Assembly (NCBI RefSeq): GCF_006345805.1
Contig: NC_042997.1
Coordinates: forward strand, 31,186,001 to 31,250,000
DNA from: Octopus sinensis
Taxonomy: Eukaryota
Reading direction: 5' to 3'
Length of the DNA stretch: 64,000 nucleotides
The notes beneath the pieces are model-generated. The model had not been told where the DNA came from. It was given only the letters and a program-made list of their open reading frames with translations, and made no database searches. A program made the position numbers and the translations under genes. Of this stretch, positions 39,978-52,361 are shown one piece after another. Positions within the stretch are counted from its first letter, which is position 1; the number at the start of each line of letters is the position of its first letter.

Positions 39978-40631
39978 CGAGAATATTAGAAAGACAGAGA
40001 CGAATAAAGCAAATATAAAAGAATGGAAAGAAAAAGTAGAAAAAGAGCAAAAAAAAAACCAAAACAAACTAAACAAGAACGAAGAATGAAAGAAATAAAA
40101 AAAAAAACGAAGAAAATGAAGCTTGGAAGAATGAATAAAAGAGAAGGGTGTCCATATCAGTAGGACGGTTCATAATAAAGTTTTATAGAGCAGAAATTAA
40201 GATATTAACAAAGATTAAAAGTACGTCTTGTATTTAAGACATGATTATTGGTAAGTCAAAACCTCCGAAGCGCCAAGACCTGTTATCAGCCGACTAATTA
40301 TCTGATGAACTTTAAGTAGCACTTAGTAGCCGTAATTAGTGTATTTCAAGCTATGCGTTTGGTTAGATGGTTGTTGATTGGTTTGTTTTGCGATAGACGA
40401 TGGGTGGTGATCGTAGTGGTGGCTGTGGCAATGGGCGGTGACAGTAAATGAGTGGTGGTGGTAGTGGTGGTAGTGGTGGTGGTGGTGGTGGCTGTAGTAG
40501 TGGAGGAGGATATCGTGAAGTTGGGTTTTGCTTGATAGCCGGACATTTTTAACCTTGAGAGATGCTTCCACGTGGATGATCGACTTGCTAGAAATAGTAG
40601 CTAATTCTCCTTCAAATCTCACTCTACTGTC

Positions 40632-40674
<43 letters not shown>

Positions 40675-41337
40675 AGAGGAACACTGTTTAATGAAGTCAG
40701 TCCTGGATATTCTGTATCTGAGTAGATAGGATGGCCATGTTTGGAAAGCCTTTGCTCATAAGTCCATTCGATCTCTGCCTACCTGAGATAACAACATCAA
40801 TTTATGTTTGCATATTTGTAAACTTTTTTCTTTTTCTGGCTACTGACACTTTGAACTGTGGCCATACTGGAGTAGAATATGGAATCTTGTAGGATATAGT
40901 TGATTACACTGTGACCACATACAGGATGCTTTCCATCGTGCATGTTATCTAAGAGGACCCTCCTCATTAAGTAAGCTTAAAGTGGTTGTTGATTTAGTCC
41001 CCCATGATCCGGCTAGTCAACAGATTGTGCTAGGTTTCACTTCGCCGCTGGTCCTCATAAAGGATACAGTCGATTATAATAAGGATTTCAAATTTTGGCA
41101 CAAGGCCATCAATTTCGGGGTAAGTAAGTCGATTAGCTCAACTGGTACTTATTTTATCGACCCTCAAAAAAATGAAAGGTAAAATCGACCTTGGCGGAAT
41201 TTGAACTCAGAAAGTAAGGACGGGTGAAATATTGCTAAACATTTTGCCTGGCATGCTAACGATTCTGTCAGCTCGCCGCCTTCCAGTCAACTAATATTAG
41301 TATTTCTTTTAACGGCTGGTACATATTTAAGACGTAG

Positions 41338-41580
41338 AGGCGCGTGGCTTAGTGGTTAAGGTGTCAGCATCATGATCGTAAGATTGTGGTTTCGGTTCCT
41401 GGACCAGGCGATGCGTTGTGTTCTTGAGCAAAACCCTTCATTTCACGTTGCTCCAGTCCACTCAGCTGGCAAAAATGAGTAACGCTATGATGGACTGGCG
41501 GCCCGTCCAGTTGGGGAACACATACGCCACTGAAACCAGGAAATCGGGCCCATGGTCCTGGCTAGGCTTTAAAAGGGCGC
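41338..41580 (+). mobile_element. SINE family D with V-domain-like segment
   Basis: tRNA head, then GATGGACTGGCGGCCCGTCCAG resembling the V-SINE central domain (recalled, not aligned). Confidence 0.7.
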
Positions 41581-42194
41581 ATTTATTTATTTTTTACTTA
41601 TTTAAGACAGTGAAGTGGTAGGGTCACTAGAACATTGAAGTGAATGCAGTGTATTTTGAGTTCAAATTACATCAAGGTCGGTTTTTGCCTTTCGTTTTTC
41701 ATGCTTGATAAAGTACAAATCAATGGTAGAATTGATAGATCGATGGAACGGAATACTTTGCAGTATTTGCTCCGATTCTTTGTATTGTGGTACAACGCGT
41801 GTAGCGACTATGGTGTCAAGCTCACTCGGCCTTAAGGCGTTGTTTTCCAACATCGGAAACGTGGAGAGGGCACACTTGCATGGATGGATAACTGCTAGTC
41901 TTCCACTGAAATCCGGGTGGCTGTTCCTCCTGCCCACATGGCTGGAAATGAATACAAGCAATAACTGGATTTTATTCCTGTGATGGTGAAGCATCCCGCT
42001 CAGAGCAGGTGGAATATTGTACTCTCGGTCGATTATGCGCCATGACAATCGACAAAAGCTCTGCTCTAATGGACGTGAAGGCTCGTGGCAAACCTAAGAT
42101 ATATATATATATATAGTGATATTCACGTCGTTGAATTTTTGAATTCCTGAATTCAATTGTGTTGTTGCAATAAAAGGTATGTTTACATATTTGG

Positions 42195-43013
42195 GTAGTC
42201 AGGGATAAGTTTGGCAGAATCGTTAGCAAAATGCTGGCAAAATGCTTAGTTGCATTTGGTCCGTCCTCACGTTCTGAGTTCAAATTCCGCCGAGGTCGAC
42301 TTTGCTCTGCATCCTTTCGGGGTCGATAAATTAAGTACCAGTGAAACACTGTGGTCGATGTAATCGACTAGTCTCCTCCCCAAAATTTCAAACCCTGTGC
42401 CTATAGTAGAAAGGATTATTAAAGGCGGTGAGCTGGTAGAGTCATTAGCACGTCGGGGAAAATATTTAGCAGTATTTCGTCTGTTTTCACGTTCTGAGTT
42501 CAAATCCCGCTGAGGTATTTCATCATTTTGGGGTCGATAAATTAAGTACCAGTGAAACACTGGGCTCAATGTAATCAATTGGTCTCCTTCCACCAAATTT
42601 CAGGCCTTGTGCCTTTAGTAGAAATGATTATTATTATTATTATTATTATTATTATTTAACAAATTCCACCGAGATCGACTTTGCCTTTCATCCTTTTGGG
42701 GTCGATAAATTTCGTGCCAGTTGAGTACTGGGGTCAATGTGATCGACTGTCCCCACTCCCAACAAAATGCAGGCCTTGTGCCTTCAGTAGAAAGGATTAT
42801 TACTATTATTATTAGCTGGCAGAATTGTTAGCACGCCAGACAAAATGCTTTGCGGCATTACGTCCATCTTTATACTCTGAGTTCGAATTCATCTGAAGTC
42901 GATGTTGCCTTTTTTTTTCTTTCGGGGTCGATGAAATAATTACTAGTTAAGCACTTGGGTCGTAATCAACTTACCCCACCCAAAAACTCTAGCCTTGTTC
43001 TTATGGAAGAATA

Positions 43014-43015
<2 letters not shown>
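42195..43015 (+). mobile_element. Train of four SINE A copies
   Basis: Starts at ~42200, 42420, 42655 (headless) and 42815, separated by (ATT)n tails. Confidence 0.85.
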
Positions 43016-43065
<50 letters not shown>

Positions 43066-44319
43066 GTTATTATTATTATATATCAATTTTCTCCTTTATC
43101 GCTTCTCTTTCTTTTATACAATTTCTATACTCTTTCGTTTTGTTTTTGCTACTTTCTTCATAATAAAGGCCAGAATCATGTCTACTTAAGATAAAGGATG
43201 AAGTTAGACGACTCCTTTACAGGCAGATGGGATACTTCACAACACTGAACTGGAAATAATAATGAACGTATCAGGGCGCAGACACCGAAAGAGTGAGAAA
43301 GAGAGAGAAGGAGAGAGTCGGTGGAGCGGGGGGGGGGGGGGGGGAGAAGTGAGAGAGAAAGAGAAAAGCAAGAGAGGCATACGTTTATTTTCCCTGCGTG
43401 TGTGTGTGTGTGTGTACAATATATATATATATGTGTGTATGTGTGTGTCTGTCTGTATATATTCCTCTATGTCTCTCACAATGTGTGTGTTTGTATTTTC
43501 AGAATACGGTTGTGTAGGAGAAACGGTATAGATTAAACAATCTGTTGCTACTCAGGTTTGGTAAGATATTAAGGCAAAGACTAACATGGAAGTTTCGATC
43601 CCGTAATGAGCCATGTCACTTTATCTTGTAATTTGTACCAGTAATTGCGGATCACAGACTATTGTCTGTTTATGGACAATTTTGTCAATGAGGACCACAT
43701 TAATACTTAGAATTAACTAGTGATTTTCCCGTTATCTGTATTATATTCGGCGCTTGTTTCTCAGTCTTTCTGACTGACTGCCTATATGAGATATATTCTC
43801 AATGACCGACATAGTACAACTTGTAGTTAAATTAAATGATGCCCCACTACTCACCTGCAACGGTCTTTGCATTTCTGAATTTGCATTACCTGTCTCTCTA
43901 CCTTTCTCTCATCAACTATATCATATTTTACTATCCAGTCACTTTGTCCAACCCTTCTTTCCCAAATTGTAAAGGCTCTATAGATTCCTTTCAGAATATA
44001 AATCCGAGGGCCTGCGAAGGGCACCTACGCACTAAGTCCACCCCGTTACGTCCTTTAAAAAAGACATGGAAATACTTTCAAGAAGAGCATCGTACATTTT
44101 CTCCTTTATTAGAGAATAAAGTAGTTAAATGTATATTCATATATATAGAAAAGATGTTTTAGCTTTTCCTATTTTTAGTCTGATTTTCATTTAAATAAAC
44201 AAAAATAAAAAAAATATTAGCTCAAAATTAAACTAAACATAAGAAAAGGAAGCTAAAACGTCTTTCTATACATATGAATGTACATTTAAACTACTCTGTT
44301 CTCTAATATTCTCAAATAT

Positions 44320-44724
44320 AAGGCGGCGAGCTGGCAGAAACGTTAGTACTACGGGCGAAATGCGTAGCCGCATTTCGTCTGCCGTTACGTTCTGAGTTCA
44401 GATTCCGCCGAGGTCGACTTTGCCTTTCATCCTTTCGGGGTCGATAAATACGTACCAGTTACGCACTGGGGTCGATATAATCGACTTAATCCGTTTGTCT
44501 GTCCTTGTTTGTGCTCTCTGTGTTTAGCCCCTTGTGGGTAGTAAAGAAATAGAAATAGGTATTTAGTCTGTCTTTACGCTCTGAGTTCAATTTCCGCCAA
44601 GGTCAACTTTGCCTTCCATCCTTTCGGCGTAGATAAATTAAGTACCAGTTGCATACTGGGGATCGATCTAATCGACTGGCCCCACTCCCCAAATATGTCG
44701 GGCCTTGTGCTTAGAGTAGAATAG
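44320..44724 (+). mobile_element. Chimeric SINE A dimer bounded by one 15-bp TSD
   Basis: AATATTCTCAAATAT at 44305-44319 and 44725-44739; the two monomers have different 3' tails. Confidence 0.88.
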
Positions 44725-45298
44725 AATATTCTCAAATATTAAGCAAAAATAAAAATATTGGTTAAAATTCTTCGGATTATATAGCGGTATAGAAAACGAT
44801 ATAAGACTAATGTAGTTCTTTTACTTCCACAGCTAATGTTAAATAGAAGAGACTGTTACCTCTGGTCATGGTGGTGTGGTTTTCATGTTTATCCCCTTGT
44901 CAACTCTAGTCAATTAAACCCATCATGAAAGCTATTCCAACCGTGACAATCTCGTTGATATCAGGCATAGTGTATGTAATTCATGACTTTGGATAAATCT
45001 ATATGTGGTGCAGAAAGGAGGAATCTGATGATCTAGTAGTGTTCCTTCGTCTGGGAGAAAACCTCGTTTCTCATAGACAATAGGCTACTCCTTAAACAAT
45101 TTCTCTTTTTTTTTTTCAACATCAAACATATTTATCCAAACCCATCAACGTTACTGTATGATTTTTACCAACACAGACTACTACCAATTTCTTGGTAGCA
45201 GGATGCGTGCACTTGTTTGGCTTGGTGGCAGATAATGAGTAAAGAATGCTGCACACACAAACAGTGAGGTGGAGGAGGGGAAGTAAATGACAGTTGTT

Positions 45299-45382
<84 letters not shown>

Positions 45383-45480
45383 TAAAGTGGGGATACAGGG
45401 TGGGGGAAATGAAAGCGAAACAGTTCAGGATAGAATAAAAAACAAAAGGATAATTTTATAAAACAAAGCAGCGGGAGTAA

Positions 45481-45521
<41 letters not shown>

Positions 45522-46333
45522 TGGGAGGTTTAGAGAGTAGGGTGAGAAGGTGTTAAGTAGAGGAGAGAGAGAATATAAGAGGAGAAGGTGACAAGTAAAG
45601 AGGTAGAGAAGAGATTGAAGTCATTTATAAATTACTATTAAAGTAATTTATCGATCCCGAAGCATGAAAGGCGAAGTTGACCAGAGCGGAATTTTAATTG
45701 AGAACGAAACAAGTCGGAAGAAATAACACCAGGTATTTTGTCGGACGCTCTAACGCCGCCTTATTTAGGACTCCGAGAAAGACGGTTCTGCAATTTCTTG
45801 CCGAACAACCTGCACAGATGATTGGTTTAAAGTGATCAAATATTTGTGCAGTGCATTAGTTTACTCTTTCCATCAAATCTACGATGCCTGAGCTAGTGTG
45901 CGGTGTACCACACATCAGGAGTCGAAGTGGTCGCAGAGCAACGTGAATTCTTAAGAATATATTCTTGAGAATACAACGCACCACCTGGTCTAGAAATTGA
46001 AACCACTATCTAAAGATGGTGGATGAAACACCAAAGCGTCTACGTCATGCGTCCTCACATATACAAATACATAAGCGTATACATACATTCACAAATACAT
46101 ACATACACACATACACACGTACACAAGCATAAACACATATACATATACATTCCACAGATAGATTCCACATACATACGCATACATATATACGTTTACATAT
46201 TTACATACACACTCATATACGCATGCAGATATTAATTTTAAGGTAATAAATATTTTTTTTCTTTTGAAAATTAATGTTCAAGTAATTTGATAAAAGTGAA
46301 ACCATAAATACTGTGTTATATTTTCTGGTATTA

Positions 46334-46536
46334 AGGCGGCGAGCTGGCAGAAACGTTAGCACGCCGGGCGAAATGCGTAGCTCAAATTCTGCCGAGGTCG
46401 ACTTTGCCTTTCATCCTTTCGGGGTCGATAAATTAAGTACCAGTTGCGCACTGGGGTCGATGTAATCGACTTAATCCGTTTGTCTGTCCTTGTTTGTCCC
46501 CTCTGTGTTTAACCCCTTGTGGGTAGTAAAGAAATA
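46334..46536 (+). mobile_element. SINE A with 17-bp TSD and internal deletion
   Basis: TATATTTTCTGGTATTA at 46317-46333 and 46537-46553. Confidence 0.92.
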
Positions 46537-47399
46537 TATATTTTCTGGTATTATGCAGTGGTTATACTTTCAAAGTTACCTGTCATACAAGGGATAAGGC
46601 TCAAATTATTTTGATAAGAGAGGATGGGGGACTACAAAAATATTGAGAGTGTTGGACAAAATGCTTTGCAGTGTTTCTTTCGGCATTTCTTTCTGAGCTC
46701 AATTCTCGTTAGTATCAATTTTACCTTTCCCTCTTTCTGGCTCAATAAAATAAACTACAAGTCAAATACTGCGGTTGATGATACGGCTTAATCCCCTTCC
46801 TTCAAAATTACTGACGTAATCGAGTGGATCAGGGATAACTTTCTCCAGCGCCATATTAGTAGTGTGTGTGGTAGATCGTCACAAACTAGGATGTCCATAA
46901 TAAATGATGGTAGTCCCTAGTAGTCTGAAAAATATGTGAACAACCTGCACAAATGAATTGTTTATAATGATCAAATGTATGTGCCACACGTTAGCTCACT
47001 CCTTCCATCAAATCGACGTTGCCTGAACAGGCGTCCAAGTGATCCCAGAGCAACGTGAGATGAAGTACTTTGCTCAAGAACACAAAGCATATTCCAGTCC
47101 AGGGATTGAAACTACGACCTCGCGATCGTGTCGTGAATGCAACACCTTAACCACTTAACTTCGGCATGATTTAAATTCAGAAGGCAATGGGCTGAAAACT
47201 TAAATATTTATTGTCAAAAATAGGCATGATTATTAATCCTTAATCAAATAATAAACCGTTTCATGTACAATTTATTTACTGTTAATGCCTGTTTGTTCAA
47301 TACACACACACACACACAAGAACTTTGGATTGGAAATTGAAATAGGAAAAAACACACACTTCTTCTCCTGTGTGCGTGTCTGAAATTTGAGAATTAGGA

Positions 47400-47700
47400 C
47401 GGAACCACCCATACATGTACTTAGAAATAAAGGAGAAAGTCAAACTAATATTAAAAACCTATCACAATGCCAGTAGCAAGATAACAAGTATACGTGTACC
47501 GGTCTTGCCAGTCGTAAATATAATAAATTGGAAATTAAGTGAACTGAAGAGCTTAGATAAGAATACAAGAAAACTAATCGCTGTATGCCGACCCCCCCCC
47601 CATTCTGAAGCTGATACAGGCAGAAGGTACCAACCTACCACGCGCAAAAGTGGAATGGCTTTGATAAAAATAGAGAATTCTAAAATACTAGAAAAATAGA
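47400..47700 (+). mobile_element. Fragment of R4/Dong-like (RLE-type) non-LTR retrotransposon ORF
   Basis: KVKLILKTYHNASSKITSI...IINWKLSELKSLDKNTRKL...HSEADTGRRYQP...SGMALIKIE resembles K-IL-S-LN-NK-AIN...W-EL-LD-TRK...HP-AD-RLY-PR-GG-GL-IE. Confidence 0.7.
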
Positions 47701-47771
47701 CGAAGCCAGCAAATGTGTAAACTGATTATAAAGCAGCATAGAAATAATCCCAATACTTTTCTTTATATACT

Positions 47772-47987
47772 ATTTACTCTTTTACTTGTTTCAGTCATTT
47801 GACTGCGGCCATGCTGGAGCACCGCCTTTAATCGAGCAACTCGACCCCGGGACTTATTCTTTTGTAAGCCCAGTACTTATTCTATCGGTCTCTTTTGCCA
47901 AACCGCTAAGTAACGGGGACATAAACACACCAGCATCGGTTGTCAAGCAATGCTAGGGGGACAAACACAGACACACAAACACACACA

Positions 47988-48049
<62 letters not shown>

Positions 48050-48221
48050 CATATATACGACGGGCTTCTTTCAGTTTCCGTCTACCAAATCCACTCACAA
48101 GGCTTTGGTCGCCCGAGGCTATAGTAGAAGACACTTGCCCAATGTGCCACGCGGTGGGACTGAACCCGGAACCATGTGGTTGGTAAACAAGCTACTTACC
48201 ACACAGCCACTCCTGCGCCTA
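47772..48221 (-). mobile_element. SINE family B, full length
   Basis: Complete head, CORE-like segment, ~95-bp (TA)n/(TG)n tract, right half and tail. Confidence 0.9.
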
Positions 48222-48497
48222 TATGATGAGACAAAATAATTTTTTTACATAGAGGTGGTTGGTAGAGTCTCTCACAAAGGTTCAAGTAGTTCGCTGGTAT
48301 TTTATTTTGTGGACACCGAAAGCAAGAAAGGCAGATTTGACTTCGGCAAGATTTAAATTCAGAAGGCAATGAGCTAAACACTTAAATATTCGTTTAAAGA
48401 CATATTTAACACGTTTAAGTGTATTCGAACTTGGTAGGGCCTTTTGCCGTTCAGATATTCTCCTCCTAGACAGGGTTTTAGTATCATTTGAAGGGGA

Positions 48498-48717
48498 GCG
48501 GCGAGTTGGCAGAAACGTTAGCATGCCGGGCGGAATGCGTAGCCGCATTTCGTCTGCCGTTACGTTGTGAGTTCAAATTCCGCCGAGGTCGACTTTGCCT
48601 TTCATCCTTTCGGGGTCGATAAATTAAGTACCAGTTACGCACTGGGGTTGATGTAATTGACTTAATCCCTTTGTCTGTCCCCTTTATGTTTAGCCCCTTG
48701 TGGGCAATACAGAAATA
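48498..48717 (+). mobile_element. SINE A with ~16-bp TSD
   Basis: TATCATTTGAAGGGGA flanks both ends. Confidence 0.9.
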
Positions 48718-48759
48718 TATCATTTGAAGGGGAACTTTTTAGTATAATTAAAAAGCATC

Positions 48760-49380
48760 GAATTTAAGAAGTGCCCAAAGAAACACAGCAAGCACACAAG
48801 AAAACTAAATGAACTATTCAACATCTTCAGGAACGCAACTGGAATATTGGTACCTGCAGACAAAACCGATAACCGCTATAATGTTGATATTAACACATAC
48901 ACTAATCTTTTAACTAAGCAATTGCATAGCAAATACAAGCACACACCACACAATACATTAGATAATATAGATAAGAAGGGGCTTAATATAGTAAAGAAAT
49001 TAGGTATACAAGACAAGAAGAGATCTTACACACCTATGACTCTTAAAATAAGCCTAAAAGACCATAAGGAAAACTTCCAGGATAACCCACCATTAAGACT
49101 TATATGCCCATCTAAATCGAATATAAGTAAAATTAGCTAGGCAATAATAGATAGGATAATATCTAAATTAAAATGTGTAACCAAACTCAAATTATGGTCT
49201 AACACCAATGGAATTATCATATGGTTTAAAAGCCTGGGGAACAAAAACAAGATCAGGTTTGTGCAGCGAGACATATCGAACTACTACCAGTCCGGTTCAA
49301 CTAAACAAGGCAGCAATATTCGCAAAGACCTCATTTGTAAAGAAATAAATAAGATTTTGCAGGCTAGAAGCACTATAATA
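48760..49380 (+). mobile_element. Penelope-like element RT N-terminal fragment
   Basis: VPADKTDNRY...ISLKDHKENFQDNPPLRLICPSKSNISKIS...WSNTNGII-WFK...FVQRDISNYY matches PLE RT motifs (PADKT, LKDHKENF, RLINP-KS, FDI-FY). Confidence 0.85.
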
Positions 49381-50280
49381 GAATATATATATATATATAG
49401 TAATGTGTTTTGAATAGCGCAACTTAGTTTTGCTGGAAAGTGAAGCGCCTTAAATTAAAATGAAATAACTGCAGGTATGAGAGGAACACCGGATTAAAGC
49501 AGAATACACTTTCCTAAGTGCCAAAACTTCACGGTTTCAAAGCGAGCTTTTTAACGGCGCAACAATATCTGCGCCCATTTCAAATGATACTTTGACAGCC
49601 ATCATTTATGGCCAAATCACAATCTACACTGTGTCGATATCTAGCAAAATGACCAAGCATCGACGTTGCACTGAATGCTATCGAATTTACACTAGTTAGG
49701 CCACCCGTGCACCCAGTAGCTCATAAAAGGATGTGTTAAATGTTATATAAATATAACTACGGCTGCCAGGAAGTAAAATGATATAGGTAAAATAAAAATA
49801 AAATTGATAATAATAATAATAATAATAATAATAATATAATAATAATAATAATAATAATAATAGACAGGAAGAACAATTCAAGAACAATTCTGAGAGATAA
49901 GGCAGATGGCTTTATTAAATGTAACAGCAGCACTTATGTTAAGTCTTTAACTGAAGAAAACCGCTTACAATATAGCAGAGATGTGCAACATTTAACTTGA
50001 ATGCTAAACAAAAATTTTAAATAATAATAATGATAGAAAAGAAAAAACGAGAATAAATGGATGGAGCTGGCAAATTTGAGTTGGGCTGCTTATGATAGTG
50101 TTGACAGTGATGGTGAAGATATAAATGTGAGAGAAGAGCGTGTGTGTGTGGTGTGTGTGTGTGTGTGTGTGTGTGCGTGTGCGTGTGTGTGTGTTTATTT
50201 ATAATTTTTACAGGAAACTTGATGACAGCACTCTTGAATTATTTATTTTACATATCCGTACTAGCGTGCATACCTCCTTG

Positions 50281-50350
<70 letters not shown>

Positions 50351-50452
50351 CATCTGTCTGTCTGCGTTTATATGCATTCACGTACGTACGTGCGTATGTA
50401 CATACATACATACATGCACATACTTATGTATGTGTGCGTGTGCGTGTATATG

Positions 50453-50497
<45 letters not shown>

Positions 50498-50580
50498 ATG
50501 TGTGTGTCTGTCTGTCTGTCTGTCTCCGTTTACCTATCTACCTGTCATTCTAACTATATCACTGTGTTTATATATATGCA

Positions 50581-50653
<73 letters not shown>

Positions 50654-51549
50654 CATACATACGTATACTTACATATATATGTGCCTGCGCGCCTGTGTGT
50701 ATATATGTATATATACACAAAAACATGTGTGGTGTGTATCTGTTCCTTTATTTTGATCTATGCATGTATCTGTATGTGTATAGATATATGTATGTGTGTA
50801 TCCAGCCCTCACTATATTTCTCTCTATAAAATGTTATAAGATAATGACTTACTCAGAGGAAGGAGGCCACACCCGCGACCTTTTATATGATACCCAACCA
50901 ATACTTGAGAGACTAAAAGAAGAGAACAACCATTCCCTCTTTGTGGTTTTAGGATGCCGATCATCAGGGCGTCCTGTTATTTTCGGACCAGAGACCTGCT
51001 CGAAGGATTGAAACAAAGCGAATTTTGCTAAAGAGGGTACAGCAAAACTGCTAAATAGATTAATAGTACCTCGTGAGAAGATAGAATTTAAACGGCTTCT
51101 GCACAGTATTCCGTACGTATTCGTCTACTTTAATGCAATTGGATTAACTGGAGGTTATGTTAGAAACCAGTTATTGCAGGAAGGTACTTAACGCACATTT
51201 TGGTCGTACTCGAAACAAGAGGGCTGTGTAACGAAGTGCTTATCTATATAGTGTCGTCGACTATATATCAATGTGAGAGATGAGAGCGACCTATATTATA
51301 TCAAATTAGCAGGTAGAGATTTGATGCTTCGAATCATGTCCTAAATATGGAAGTGACTTAAAATTTAACTACGGTGTAATTATGCATCAAGTGCATCATA
51401 AGAGCACATTGTGGAGATAAATGCAGGGTTTACATAAAGGAGTCAAATCCTTCGTTAGTTCACAGTATAGGGTTAATCCCTTAGTGGTTATCATGAGCAG
51501 AGAGCAAATTATAATATTTCCTACAAAGATGCAATATATGTATATACAT

Positions 51550-51587
<38 letters not shown>

Positions 51588-51617
51588 ACACACACGCACA
51601 CACATACACACATATAT

Positions 51618-51790
51618 ATTCTGTTGTGTCTGGAGAGAGTCATTTTCTTCTTGTGCCTTATAATTTAACACACTCACCGGTAAAAGTTTTACGAAAATAA
51701 AAATAAGAAATGAGTGGAAATTTTACCGGTGAGTGTGTTAAATTATACGGCACAAAAAGAAAATGCGACTCTCCCCAGACACAACAGAAG
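51618..51790. repeat. Inverted repeat, ~67-bp arms, ~35-bp spacer
   Basis: TTCTGTTGTGTCTGGAGAGAGTC...CACTCACCGGTAAAA versus TTTTACCGGTGAGTG...GACTCTCCCCAGACACAACAGAA. Confidence 0.88.
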
Positions 51791-51856
51791 ATGCTTCAAC
51801 ACACGAACTCATATAAAGAATCTTGCATTAAGTCCTGCATACTCCTCCATATGTGA

Positions 51857-52155
51857 AGGCGCGTGGGTTAGTAATTAGGGTATTCCGTTCATGATCGTAA
51901 GGCCAAGAGTTCAGTTCCCGGCGACGCTTTGTGTACTTGAGCAGGACGTTTTATTTCTCGTTGCTCAAGTCCACTCAGCTGGCAAAAATGTTTAGTAACT
52001 GTGTTTCAAAGGGCCAGCCTTGTCACACTCTGTGTCACGTTGAATCTCCCTGAGAACTACATTAAGGACATACGTGTCTGTGGAGTGCTCAGCCACATGC
52101 AGGCTGTTCCGTTGATCGGATCAACTGGAACCTGCGTCATCGTAACCGACGGAGG
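51857..52155 (+). mobile_element. Chimeric SINE: family D head/body plus family C 3' half
   Basis: D-type ...CCACTCAGCTGGCAAAAATG joins C-type TTTCAAAGGGCCAGCCTTGTCAC...GTAACCGACGGAG. Confidence 0.78.
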
Positions 52156-52361
52156 GCCGATTTCGCCTCCATATTTAAGCTGGGCTCTGTAAATCATGGT
52201 GTTTTGGATAGTGTTGTTCAGACAGACGTTTATGGAATGGAATCATGCAGTAAAGAAATCAAGGGCAGATAAGTGAATGTATTTTACAATTGCAAGGTCT
52301 TTCGCTATTATGACGTTCAGGTTTGGGGTTCTGTGGGTTTCAATCTTTCAGAGTTTCTGTA

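Noticed and set aside
43503-44052. Good splice signals at 43503-43560 (+) and around 43850-44052 (-)
   Set aside because: All frames contain stops; there is no support for a coding exon and nothing else indicates a non-coding transcript.
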